A stretch of DNA of 64,000 nt. It comes from Actinomycetes bacterium. Lineage in GTDB: Bacteria; Actinomycetota; Thermoleophilia; Solirubrobacterales; Solirubrobacteraceae. The notes under the pieces are model-generated. The model saw nothing but the letters and a program-made list of their open reading frames with translations. It had not been told where the DNA came from and made no database searches. The translations under genes and the position numbers were made by a program. Below are positions 47,211 to 56,649 of the stretch, piece after piece. The stretch lies in NCBI GenBank assembly GCA_021784895.1, contig JAJYHG010000001.1:18491-82490 (forward strand), read 5' to 3'. Numbering within the stretch: the stretch's first letter is position 1; each line of letters starts with the position of its first letter.

Positions 47211-48334
47211 GCACGACACCTGGGATTGCGCTCGAGCACACGGCCGAGCGGTCGGGTAGGCGGCGGCATCTGGACGCCGTCTGCAATGTCTTGGCCGGCC
47301 CGATCGCGATCCTGTGGGTGTTGTACTTGGTGGTGGCCAACCTCCGGGCTGCGAACCCTGCCTTTGACTTCCAGCATGCCTACTGGCACGCTGGTCACCG
47401 TGTTCTGCTCGGTCAGAGTCCCTACCTCTGGACCGCGGCCCAGTTTCGCGAAAAGCTCGCTTTCGTTTATCCGGCGCTGTCGGCGGTGATGTTCGCGCCG
47501 CTGTCTTTGATCCCGCGGAGTACTGGAGCGGTCCTGTTCACGTTCGTGTCGGTGGCGCTCCTGCCTTTGACGCTGTGGGTGCTGCGCGTGCGTGACTGGC
47601 GTGTGTACGGGATCGCGGCACTGTGGCAGCCGTTCTATGACGGCTGGATGACCGCGAACGAGTCGATCTATCTGATGTTTGGCTTGGCTTGCGTGTGGCG
47701 CGTTCGCGACCGGAGCTGGATGGCCGGACTCTTGACCGCCGTACTGATCTCGCTCAAGCCGCTGTTGTGGCCGCTTGGGCTGTGGCTTCTGGCCACCAGG
47801 CGCTGGCGGGCGTCACTGTATACGCTGGCTTGGGCTGTGGTGCTGAACCTGGTGGCGTGGGGCATCGTCGGCTTCGGGCAGATTGGGGCTTACCTGCATG
47901 CGAGCGCAGTCTCCACCGCCGACGCTTGGCGCGGGGGTTTCGGGCTACCCGCGTTCCTGGGTCGGCTTGGCCTGGATTGGCATAGCGGATTGGTGGTGCT
48001 CCTGGTCGTTTCCGCGGTCGTTGTGGCTGCTCTGATTCGCTCCGGTCGCCACGGGCATGGCGATCACTATGCCCTGGTGCTGATGGTGGCGCTCGCGCTG
48101 GTGTCATCGCCGCAGCTCTCGGCCCACTACATGCTGCTCCTGCTGGTGCCGCTGGCGCTTTTGCGTCCGCGGCTTGACTGGCTGTGGGCGGTGCCAGTCC
48201 TGCTGTGGGTCTCGTTACCCACTGAACCGGTCAGCGGCTGGCAGCAGGTTTGCGCCTGGGTCTTGGTGGGCGGCAGCTGCCTGGCCCTTGTCCGGCAGAC
48301 AGCGAGACCGACCACGCTGGAGCCGGCGTTGTGA
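47207..48334 (+). CDS. GT87/DUF2029-like GT-C membrane glycosyltransferase, paralog 3
   Basis: The motif is FDFQHAYWHAGHRVLLGQSPY. The ATG at 47207 overlaps the paralog 2 stop (ATGA). Confidence 0.75.
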   Translation: MSTTPGIALEHTAERSGRRRHLDAVCNVLAGPIAILWVLYLVVANLRAANPAFDFQHAYWHAGHRVLLGQSPYLWTAAQFREKLAFVYPALSAVMFAPLSLIPRSTGAVLFTFVSVALLPLTLWVLRVRDWRVYGIAALWQPFYDGWMTANESIYLMFGLACVWRVRDRSWMAGLLTAVLISLKPLLWPLGLWLLATRRWRASLYTLAWAVVLNLVAWGIVGFGQIGAYLHASAVSTADAWRGGFGLPAFLGRLGLDWHSGLVVLLVVSAVVVAALIRSGRHGHGDHYALVLMVALALVSSPQLSAHYMLLLLVPLALLRPRLDWLWAVPVLLWVSLPTEPVSGWQQVCAWVLVGGSCLALVRQTARPTTLEPAL

Positions 48335-49485
48335 GCGCCGCAGCTGCAAACTCTCAGCGCAGCCGCCCAACGTTCGGGGAGCGCCGCGCGGGGCTGTTCG
48401 GCGCCGCCCAGCGGGGCCTGTTTGCCTTCAGCCCGCTGGTGGTCACGGCGGCCCTGCTCGTGGTGACGCTCAAAGCTCACGCGCTCGCGTTTGACTTCCA
48501 GTCGGCCTACTACCCGGCGGCCACCCGTCTCCTGCAGGGCGCCAGTCCCTATGCCGTCACAGCGAGGCAGTTGGCCGTCGGTACGGCGTTCGTTTATCCC
48601 GCGTTCTCAGCCATCGTGTTCATTCCCTTTGCGCTGGTCCCTAGCGGCGTTGCCCAGGCCCTGGACACGGCGCTGTGCCTAGCGTGCGTCCCAGCGACCC
48701 TCTGGACGCTGAACGTGCGGGACTGGCGGCTCTACGGGCTGGCTATGCTGTGGTCGCCGGTCTTTGACGGCTGGCAGACCGGAAACGTGACGCTTCCGCT
48801 GGTGCTGGGTGTGGCGCTGACCTGGCGGTACCGTGACCGGCCGCTCGTGGCTGGCCTGTTGACGGCGGCCGCTATCAGCATCAAGCCGTTCGTGTGGCCA
48901 CTCGGGCTCTGGCTGCTGGCCACCCGGCGCTATCGGGCAGCTGGCTGGGCGCTCGTCTGGGGCGTGGTGCTCAACCTCGTGGCGTGGTCGGTCGTGGGCT
49001 TTAGTTCGTTTGGTACCTATCTCCGGCTCTCCGCACGGGTCACCAGCATGCTCTGGCGTGGCGGCTACGCAGTCCTCGCGGTCGCTGCTCAGCTTGGCCT
49101 TGGACAAAATGTGGGCTATGGCATGCTGCTCGGGTTGGCGGTCTTGGCGGCCGCGGCCGTTTTTTACCTCGGGTTCCTCAGGAGTGCCGACCAGAGTGCG
49201 CTGACAGTTGCGGTGCTGCTGATGCTGATCGCGTCGCCGCTTGTGTGGAACCACTATTTCTGCCTGCTGCTGGTGCCACTTGCGCTCGGCCGGCCGCGCC
49301 TCAGCGTCGCGTGGATTGTTGGTCTGGTCATGTGGCCACTGCCGCCGCGGCTGCCGATTCACGCTTGGGAGCAGGCAATCGCCTGGGGCGCTGCGCTAGT
49401 CGTAACGGCCGTTGCCCTCGGTGGGGCTCGTGGCCACAAGGAGTCTGAGAATGGCCGTCAGCGCTGGCTTACGCATCCTGCCTGA
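48331..49485 (+). CDS. GT87/DUF2029-like GT-C membrane glycosyltransferase, paralog 4 (more divergent)
   Basis: The motif is FDFQSAYYPAATRLLQGASPY. The GTG at 48331 overlaps the paralog 3 stop (GTGA). Confidence 0.7.
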   Translation: MSAAAANSQRSRPTFGERRAGLFGAAQRGLFAFSPLVVTAALLVVTLKAHALAFDFQSAYYPAATRLLQGASPYAVTARQLAVGTAFVYPAFSAIVFIPFALVPSGVAQALDTALCLACVPATLWTLNVRDWRLYGLAMLWSPVFDGWQTGNVTLPLVLGVALTWRYRDRPLVAGLLTAAAISIKPFVWPLGLWLLATRRYRAAGWALVWGVVLNLVAWSVVGFSSFGTYLRLSARVTSMLWRGGYAVLAVAAQLGLGQNVGYGMLLGLAVLAAAAVFYLGFLRSADQSALTVAVLLMLIASPLVWNHYFCLLLVPLALGRPRLSVAWIVGLVMWPLPPRLPIHAWEQAIAWGAALVVTAVALGGARGHKESENGRQRWLTHPA

Positions 49486-50641
49486 TGGTGCCCGCGGACG
49501 TCGGCGGGCGCTAGAGCACGTGTTGCTCGGCGCGCTGCCGGCTGCCCTCACGCTCTGGGTTGGCATATCTGCGGCAGCGCACCACTCGGTGGCCGAGGAC
49601 TTCTCCCTCGTCTACTACCCAGCGGCCCACCTGCTGCTCGTCGGCCAGAGTCCTTATGGAGCGGCCAGCGCCCACGTTACCAGTGGATCTGCCTTTGTAT
49701 ACCCGGCGTTGGCGGCAGTTTTGCTGGCGCCGTTCGCTCTGCTCCCGATGGGCCTTGCCTACCACCTCTTTGTGCTGATCTGCCTGGCGATGGTGCCGGG
49801 TACCCTATGGGCCACCGGGGTTCGCGACTGGCGTGTGTACGGTGCCGTTCTGCTGTGGCTCCCGATCGTTGTCGGCTGGCAGGGGGAGAACATCTCGGTG
49901 CCGCTGATGTATTCTGCCGCGCTCACTTGGCGTTACCGAGAGAGCCCAGTAGTCGCAGGTCTGGTCGTTGCCGTAGCATGCAGCGTGAAGCCTGTCGTCT
50001 GGCCCCTTGGCCTGTGGCTAATCGCGACCCGGCGGTTTGCGGCTGCGTTCTGGTCTGTCGCTTGGGGTGTTGTCGTCAACCTGCTGGCCTGGGTGATCGT
50101 CGGCCCGCGGGAGCTGGTGATCTGGCTGCGGCTTGCCGGGGCAGACGCCTCAGTGCTCTGGCGTGGTGGTTACGGTCTCATGGCGGTCTCGCACCACCTG
50201 GGTCTGGGTCGGAATGCGGGCGAGGGTCTTTTGCTGCTCGGCACCGCTGTGCTCGCGGTCGCGACGGTTTGGCGTGGCCTGGATGGCCATCACGATCGTG
50301 AGGCATTCGGGCTCGCGGTCGGGCTTGTGCTGATAGCCTCCCCGCTCGTCTGGATCCACTACTTTGTGTTGCTGGCCGCTGCGCTCGCGGTTCTGCGGCC
50401 GAAATTCGACGCAGTGTGGGTCGTGCCCGTCGCCTTATGGTTGTTGCCGCCTGCGACTCAGGTTCGCAGCTGGCAGGTCGGTCTTGCCTGGGTGGTTGTG
50501 ACAGCCTGCCTTTGGATTGCGTTGCGATCGCCCGAACGGGCCGGGTGGCCGGACGGCTGCGATGCCCAGAACCAACTGGTGGCTCGCTCACGCAGCCTTG
50601 ACCCAGACGCACGCGCGGAGGCGGCCGGCACCGAGTGTTAG
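49451..50641 (+). CDS. GT87/DUF2029-like GT-C membrane glycosyltransferase, paralog 5 (more divergent)
   Basis: The motif is EDFSLVYYPAAHLLLVGQSPY. The chosen start is ATG 49451; the ORF is open from 49412 and overlaps the paralog 4 end. Confidence 0.7.
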   Translation: MAVSAGLRILPDGARGRRRALEHVLLGALPAALTLWVGISAAAHHSVAEDFSLVYYPAAHLLLVGQSPYGAASAHVTSGSAFVYPALAAVLLAPFALLPMGLAYHLFVLICLAMVPGTLWATGVRDWRVYGAVLLWLPIVVGWQGENISVPLMYSAALTWRYRESPVVAGLVVAVACSVKPVVWPLGLWLIATRRFAAAFWSVAWGVVVNLLAWVIVGPRELVIWLRLAGADASVLWRGGYGLMAVSHHLGLGRNAGEGLLLLGTAVLAVATVWRGLDGHHDREAFGLAVGLVLIASPLVWIHYFVLLAAALAVLRPKFDAVWVVPVALWLLPPATQVRSWQVGLAWVVVTACLWIALRSPERAGWPDGCDAQNQLVARSRSLDPDARAEAAGTEC

Positions 50642-50822
50642 ACTGGGTTATGGCCTCAGCCCGACCCAAGCCGCTACTCAAGCGCCCGAGCTTTCGCCGC
50701 TGCGATCGGCCTGGGCACCGGGTCCAAGCCTCCTGGCTGGCTACTAGTATGGGTAGCCTGCCGAAAGTCCAGGACAACGAATCGACCGACCCGCCCTTGT
50801 CCCGCGACAAAGAGATTTAGAC

Positions 50823-53417
50823 ATGTTCGAGCGATTTACAGAACGCGCCCGCCAGGTGGTGGTCCTTGCACAGGAAGAGGCACGGACGCTCAAGCACAAC
50901 TACATCGGCACCGAGCACATTCTGCTCGGTCTGCTCCGCGAGGAGGAGGGGCTCGCGGCGCGCGTGCTCGAGTCGCTGGAGATCACGGTCGAGCGCGTGC
51001 GCGCCCAGGTCGTGCGCATCGTTGGCTCCGGCGAGGAGGTCACCTCTGGGCAGATACCCTTCACGCCGCGCGCGAAGAAGGTACTCGAGCTGGCGCTGCG
51101 CGAGGCACTCAGCCTCGGCCACAACTACATCGGGACCGAGCACATCCTTTTGGGCTTGGTGCGCGAGAACGAGGGTGTGGCGGCACGCATCCTGCTGGAC
51201 TTCGATGCTGATTCGGAGAAGATCCGTAACGAGGTCATCCGGATGCTCTCGGGCCCGGGCGGGCGTCGTGGCACCGCGCCGGGCACCCCGGCGGCTGCCG
51301 GTGTCGGTGGCGCCGCAGCCGAAGGCAAGAAGTCATCCAAGCTGCTCGACCAGTTCGGACGCAACCTGACCAAGCTCGCCGCCGACGGCAAGCTCGATCC
51401 CGTCGTGGGCCGTGAGACCGAGATCGAGCGGATCATGCAGATCCTCAGCCGTCGCACCAAGAACAACCCGGTTCTGGTGGGTGAGCCCGGCGTCGGCAAG
51501 ACGGCGGTCGTCGAGGGCCTCGCACAACGGATTAACGACGCCGACGTGCCCGAGCTCTTGAAGGGCAAGCAGATCTACACGCTCGATCTGGCCGCCCTGG
51601 TCGCGGGATCCAAGTACAGGGGCGAGTTCGAGGAGCGGCTCAAGAAGGTGATGAAGGAGATCACCCAGCGCGGCGACATCATCCTGTTCATCGACGAGCT
51701 CCACAACCTCGTCGGCGCGGGGGCGGCCGAGGGCGCGATAGACGCTGCCTCGATCCTCAAGCCGGCGCTCGCCCGTGGTGAGCTGCAGACGATCGGCGCC
51801 ACCACGCTCGAGGAGTTCCGCAAGTACCTCGAGCGCGACTCGGCGCTGGAGCGCCGCTTCCAGAAGATCGTCGTCGAGCAACCCTCGAAGGATGAGACCG
51901 TGCAGATCCTCAAGGGCCTGCGCGACCGGTACGAGCAGCACCACAAGGTCAACATCACCGACGAGGCGCTGGTGGCGGCCGCCGACCTCGCCGACCGTTA
52001 CATCTCTGACCGCTTCCTGCCTGATAAGGCGATCGACCTGATCGACGAGGCAGCCTCGCGCATGCGCATCAAGTCGATGACCTCACCGCCCGTCTATCGC
52101 GAGCTGGAGGATGAGATCGAGGAGACGCGCCGCGCCAAGGAGGCAGCCATCGAGGCGCAGGAGTTCGAGAAGGCCGCGAACCTGCGCGACCAGGAGCGCC
52201 GCCTGACGCAGAAGAAGCGCGAGCTGGCCGAGCAATGGGAGGCCGGTGAGGCGACCGAGCGGCCGTCCATCGGAGAGGAGGAGATAGCCGACATCGTCTC
52301 CATGTGGACTGGCATCCCTGTCTTCAAGCTGACAGAGGCGGAGACCGCGAAGCTGATGCGCATGGAGGAGGAGCTGCATAAGCGCGTCATCGGCCAGCAC
52401 GCCGCAGTCGAGGTGATCTCCAAGGCGATCCGGCGCTCGCGTGCGGGTCTCAAGGACCCGAAGCGGCCGACCGGCTCGTTCATCTTCCTGGGCCCGTCTG
52501 GTGTCGGTAAGACCGAGCTTGCCCGCACGCTCGCTGAGTTTCTGTTCGGCGACGAGGAGACGATGATCCGCATCGACATGTCGGAGTACATGGAGAAGCA
52601 CGCGGTCAGCCGCTTGGTCGGCTCGCCTCCGGGCTACATCGGCTACGACGAAGGTGGCCAGCTCACCGAGGCAGTGCGCCGCAAGCCCTACAGCGTGCTG
52701 CTCCTGGATGAGATCGAGAAGGCACACCCAGACGTCTTCAACATCCTGCTGCAGATCCTCGATGACGGCCGCCTGACCGACGCTCAGGGCCGTACCGTCG
52801 ACTTCCGCCACACGATCGTGATCATGACCTCGAACATTGGTGCCTCCGAGATCGCCAAGAACTTCCAGATTGGCTTCTCGACCATCGACGACGAAACCGG
52901 TGTCAGCTACGACGAGATGAAGAGCCGGATCATGGGCGAGCTCAAGCGCGTCTTCCGTCCGGAGTTCATCAACCGGATCGACGATGTGATCGTCTTCCAC
53001 AAGCTCGCCAAGACCGAGATCAAGGAGATAGTGGATCTGCTGCTGCGCCGCATCCGCGAGTCGATGGCGGAGCGGGAGCTGCAGCTCGAGCTCTCAGACA
53101 ACGCCAAGGACCTGCTTGTCGAGAAGGGCTGGGATCCTGCCATGGGTGCCCGTCCGCTCAAGCGTGCGATCCAGCGCTACATCGAGGATCCGCTCGCCGA
53201 CTTTGTCCTGCGCTCGCAGGTGCCTGAGGGCTCGACCGTGCTGATCGACCGCGACGAGGCTCCCGCGGGCACTGGCGACGAAGCCCCTGAGGTCAAGCTC
53301 TCGGTGCTCGAACCTGTGCCGCAGCCCACGCCTGTCGGCGTTGGTGCTGAGGGTGGGGCCGACGACGACGAGCAGCACGAGGTACCCGGCCCCGGGGACG
53401 CAGCCGCCGAGTCCTGA
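50823..53417 (+). CDS. clpC: ATP-dependent Clp protease ATP-binding subunit ClpC
   Basis: 864 aa. It has the duplicated Clp-N repeat ([12 protein letters not shown] x2), two AAA+ modules (GEPGVGKTA and GPSGVGKTE) and a UVR-like linker. Confidence 0.97.
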   Translation: MFERFTERARQVVVLAQEEARTLKHNYIGTEHILLGLLREEEGLAARVLESLEITVERVRAQVVRIVGSGEEVTSGQIPFTPRAKKVLELALREALSLGHNYIGTEHILLGLVRENEGVAARILLDFDADSEKIRNEVIRMLSGPGGRRGTAPGTPAAAGVGGAAAEGKKSSKLLDQFGRNLTKLAADGKLDPVVGRETEIERIMQILSRRTKNNPVLVGEPGVGKTAVVEGLAQRINDADVPELLKGKQIYTLDLAALVAGSKYRGEFEERLKKVMKEITQRGDIILFIDELHNLVGAGAAEGAIDAASILKPALARGELQTIGATTLEEFRKYLERDSALERRFQKIVVEQPSKDETVQILKGLRDRYEQHHKVNITDEALVAAADLADRYISDRFLPDKAIDLIDEAASRMRIKSMTSPPVYRELEDEIEETRRAKEAAIEAQEFEKAANLRDQERRLTQKKRELAEQWEAGEATERPSIGEEEIADIVSMWTGIPVFKLTEAETAKLMRMEEELHKRVIGQHAAVEVISKAIRRSRAGLKDPKRPTGSFIFLGPSGVGKTELARTLAEFLFGDEETMIRIDMSEYMEKHAVSRLVGSPPGYIGYDEGGQLTEAVRRKPYSVLLLDEIEKAHPDVFNILLQILDDGRLTDAQGRTVDFRHTIVIMTSNIGASEIAKNFQIGFSTIDDETGVSYDEMKSRIMGELKRVFRPEFINRIDDVIVFHKLAKTEIKEIVDLLLRRIRESMAERELQLELSDNAKDLLVEKGWDPAMGARPLKRAIQRYIEDPLADFVLRSQVPEGSTVLIDRDEAPAGTGDEAPEVKLSVLEPVPQPTPVGVGAEGGADDDEQHEVPGPGDAAAES

Positions 53418-53485
53418 GCTGGCAGCTGCTCCACCCTCGGTGTGCCTGAGCGGCATGGCCTAAGGACAGGCGTAGGCTGGGGCCG

Positions 53486-54880
53486 ATGGCCAATGCGAAG
53501 TCAGTCCACGTCTGCACTGCATGCGGATATGAGGCACCGCGCTGGTCGGGGCAGTGCCCCGGCTGTGGGGAGTGGAACACGCTGGCGGAGGAGCTTCGGG
53601 CCAGGGCTGGCGGCTCGGGCCGTGGCGCCGGCCAGCGGGCCGGCGCCAGCGGGGTTACGCCCGTAGCGCTGGGTAGCGTCGCGGCCGCCGACCATACGCG
53701 TCTGAGCACCGGCATCGGAGAGCTTGACAACGTCCTCGGCGGTGGGCTTGTGCCCGGTTCACTGGTGCTGATCGGAGGCTCCCCCGGGGTCGGGAAGTCG
53801 ACGCTCACGACGATGGCGCTGGCCAACCTGGTCGCTGCCGGCCGCCGCACGCTCTACGTGTCGGCGGAGGAGTCACCGGCCCAGATCCGGCTGCGCGCCC
53901 AGCGGCTGAGCGCCGGCCAGCCACTCGGCATACCCGTGATCGCGGAGACGGATCTGGCCACTGTGGTCGCGACGCTCGAGCGCGAGCGGCCAGAGGTCTG
54001 CGTCGTCGATTCGGTGCAGACGCTGCACTGCGCGGAGCTGGCGAGCGCCTCTGGCTCCGTCGCACAGGTGCGCGAGGTTGCGACCGAGATAATGCAGGTC
54101 GCCAAGACGCGAAGGATCGCCGTGCTGCTGGTCGGGCATGTGACCAAGGAAGGCGCGCTGGCGGGGCCGCGCGTGCTCGAGCACCTGGTCGACTGCGTGC
54201 TGCAGTTCGACGGCGAGCGCGAGCGCAGCTACCGCACGGTCCGGGCGGTCAAGAACCGCTTCGGCTCGACCAATGAAGCGGGGGTCTTTGAGATGCGCGA
54301 CGACGGCCTGGTCGAGGTGCTTGACGCCTCGGCCCGGTTCGTCGCCGAGGCGACGCGCGCGCCCGGCAGTGTCGTCCTGTGCGCGATGGAGGGCAGCCGG
54401 CCGCTGCTGGTCGAGGTGCAGGCGCTGGTGTCGCCCTCTGAGCTCGAGCAGCCCCGGCGCGTGGTGGCGGGCATTGGCCGCAACCGGCTCGCACTCGTGT
54501 TGGCGGTGCTCGCACGCCACACTGGGGTCGGGCTTGGAAACGCCGATGTCTTTGTCAACGTGGTTGGAGGAGTGCGAGTGGACGAGCCCGGTGCCGACCT
54601 GGCCGTGGCGCTGGCGGTGGCCAGCGCGGCGCGCGGCAGGCCACTGCAGTCGGCGCCCGGCCGGCCGCTCGCGTGCTTCGGCGAGCTGGGACTAACAGGT
54701 GAGCTGCGTACGGTCGGCCACAGCGATCGCAGACTCGCTGAGGCGGCAAAGTTCGAGCTTGGAGAAGTGGTCCATCCGAGCCGCTGCCGCACGCTGCGCG
54801 ACGCAGTGCGCGCGACTCTGGCAGGCGATGCGGCTGGCGCCGACGCCGGCCTGCCATCCGATCCGGCGGTCAGGTCGTAG
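53486..54880 (+). CDS. radA: DNA repair protein RadA
   Basis: It has the zinc finger CTACGYEAPRWSGQCPGCGEWNT, Walker A GGSPGVGKST, the KNRFG motif and a Lon-like C-terminus. Confidence 0.96.
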   Translation: MANAKSVHVCTACGYEAPRWSGQCPGCGEWNTLAEELRARAGGSGRGAGQRAGASGVTPVALGSVAAADHTRLSTGIGELDNVLGGGLVPGSLVLIGGSPGVGKSTLTTMALANLVAAGRRTLYVSAEESPAQIRLRAQRLSAGQPLGIPVIAETDLATVVATLERERPEVCVVDSVQTLHCAELASASGSVAQVREVATEIMQVAKTRRIAVLLVGHVTKEGALAGPRVLEHLVDCVLQFDGERERSYRTVRAVKNRFGSTNEAGVFEMRDDGLVEVLDASARFVAEATRAPGSVVLCAMEGSRPLLVEVQALVSPSELEQPRRVVAGIGRNRLALVLAVLARHTGVGLGNADVFVNVVGGVRVDEPGADLAVALAVASAARGRPLQSAPGRPLACFGELGLTGELRTVGHSDRRLAEAAKFELGEVVHPSRCRTLRDAVRATLAGDAAGADAGLPSDPAVRS

Positions 54881-54889
54881 AATCGGTTC

Positions 54890-56005
54890 ATGGCCTCGCG
54901 ATCCGGGGAAGAGCTCAAGGTTGAGCTCGAAACTCGACAGGAGTCCCGGATGGTTAGGGCGCTCGAGATGGTCGCGCCTGGAACCGCTCTCAGGGATGGG
55001 CTTGACAACATCCTGCATGCGCACACCGGCGGGCTGATCGTGGTTGGTGAGGTCGATGACCTCGCGTTCCTGTTCTCTGGAGGAATCAAGCTCGATCTCG
55101 ACTACACACCGGCTCTGCTCTACGAGCTGTCCAAGATGGACGGGGCGATCGTGCTCAACGCAAACGCCACCAAGCTCGCTCACGCGAACGTCCAGCTGAC
55201 GCCAGATCCGACGATTCATACCCTCGAGACGGGAACGCGACATCGGACCGCGGAGCGTGTGTCCAAGCAGACGGATGCAGTCGTGGTCGCGATCTCCGAG
55301 CGTCGCGAGGTCGTGTCACTGTTCGTCGACGGCGTCAAGTACATCCTCGCCGACATCCCGATGGTGCTGGCCAAGGCGAACCAGGCTTTGGCGACCCTCG
55401 ACAAGTACCGCAGCCGCCTTGACCAGGTCTCAACCCGGCTGACGGCACTCGAGTTCGAAGGCGGGGCCACCCTGCACGACGTGTTGACCGTGCTGCAGCG
55501 TGCGGAGCTCGTCACCCGCATGGCGGTTGAGATCGAGCGCTACATCGTCGAGCTCGGCACCGAGGGCAGGCTGATCGAGATGCAGCTCGACGAAACGATG
55601 GTCGGCGTCTCCGCAGACAAGGCGGCGCTGGTTCACGACTATCTGCTGGAGGACAGTGACGAGGCATTCTCACTGGCGCTAGATCAGCTCATCCGCCTGC
55701 CGCATCAGGACCTGCTCGACTTTGGGCGCTTGGCGGAGCTGCTTGGCCATGACCGCAAGGTGAACACGCTCGACTTCTCGATCTCACCTCGCGGCATCCG
55801 CGTGCTCGGCCGCATACCAAGGCTGCCAAAGCTGGTCGTAAAGCGCATCATCGATGAGTTCGGAGGGCTCGAGGAGCTCATGGCTGCCACTGACGGCGAG
55901 CTTGAAACCGTAGACGGGGTCGGTGAGATCCGGGCCAAGGACATCCGTGAGGGGCTCCGCCGGCTGCAGGAGATCAACCTCGTCGACCGCTACCTGCAGG
56001 CTTGA
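54890..56005 (+). CDS. disA: DNA integrity scanning protein DisA (diadenylate cyclase)
   Basis: The DAC domain shows GALIVVG-like and RHRTAERVS-type motifs (TGTRHRTAERVSKQT). The C-terminus carries an HhH (VDGVGEIRAKDIREGL). Confidence 0.94.
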   Translation: MASRSGEELKVELETRQESRMVRALEMVAPGTALRDGLDNILHAHTGGLIVVGEVDDLAFLFSGGIKLDLDYTPALLYELSKMDGAIVLNANATKLAHANVQLTPDPTIHTLETGTRHRTAERVSKQTDAVVVAISERREVVSLFVDGVKYILADIPMVLAKANQALATLDKYRSRLDQVSTRLTALEFEGGATLHDVLTVLQRAELVTRMAVEIERYIVELGTEGRLIEMQLDETMVGVSADKAALVHDYLLEDSDEAFSLALDQLIRLPHQDLLDFGRLAELLGHDRKVNTLDFSISPRGIRVLGRIPRLPKLVVKRIIDEFGGLEELMAATDGELETVDGVGEIRAKDIREGLRRLQEINLVDRYLQA

Positions 56006-56052
56006 GGCCGGTGGCCCTCCTTGCAGCCGCCGCACGGTAGAGAAAGGGCAGT

Positions 56053-56649
56053 ATGCAGGTGATCCAAGCGCATATGGCAGTTCAGGGAGTCGATGCCGAC
56101 GAGTTCGACGTGCAGCCGCCACCAGTGGATGCCTTTGAGGTGGGCGACAGCGTCGTCTATCCGCACCACGGTGCCGGCAAGGTGCTGCGCAAGGAGGTCA
56201 AGGAGGTGCTCGGGGAGAAGCGTGAATACCTCACGATCAAGATCCTGCACAACGACATGACGGTGATGGTCCCGACTGCCAACGCCGCCGTCGCGGGCCT
56301 GAGACGCGTGGTCTCCGAGGAGACCCTCCAGCAGGTGCTCGGTGTGCTGCAGGCTGAGTGCTCGGACATGCCCAACAACTGGAGCCGGCGCTTCAAGCAC
56401 AACCAGGAGAAGATCAAGACGGGAGACATCTGCGAGCTCGCTGAGGTCGTGCGCAACCTCACCATCCGTGAACACGAGAAGGGGCTGTCAACCGGCGAGA
56501 AGCAGATGTACGTGCGCGCCAAGAAGGTGCTCGTCTCCGAGATGATGTATGCGCTCGACATGGACGAGGAGCAGGTTGATGCCCACCTCAGCAGCGTGAT
56601 CCTCGCCGGGGCCGGTGGCTCCGGAGCGGGGGCGGCGGTGGCCGACTAG
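56053..56649 (+). CDS. carD: CarD family transcriptional regulator
   Basis: VGDSVVYPHHGAGKV...EYLTIKI...MTVMVPT...NWSRRFK matches CarD. An alternative start lies at 56074. Confidence 0.92.
   Translation: MQVIQAHMAVQGVDADEFDVQPPPVDAFEVGDSVVYPHHGAGKVLRKEVKEVLGEKREYLTIKILHNDMTVMVPTANAAVAGLRRVVSEETLQQVLGVLQAECSDMPNNWSRRFKHNQEKIKTGDICELAEVVRNLTIREHEKGLSTGEKQMYVRAKKVLVSEMMYALDMDEEQVDAHLSSVILAGAGGSGAGAAVAD

Noticed and set aside
50739-50758. A small inverted repeat (ggctac N8 gtagcc) upstream of clpC as a CtsR or ClgR operator.
   Set aside because: It does not resemble the CtsR heptad direct repeat, I cannot match it to a ClgR consensus from memory, and a 6-bp stem is expected by chance.
36598-50822. 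Calling the tad-GT block a mobile genomic island.
   Set aside because: I could see no integrase, transposase, flanking direct repeats or tRNA at either border. Only the composition and the position in the backbone suggest an accessory origin.
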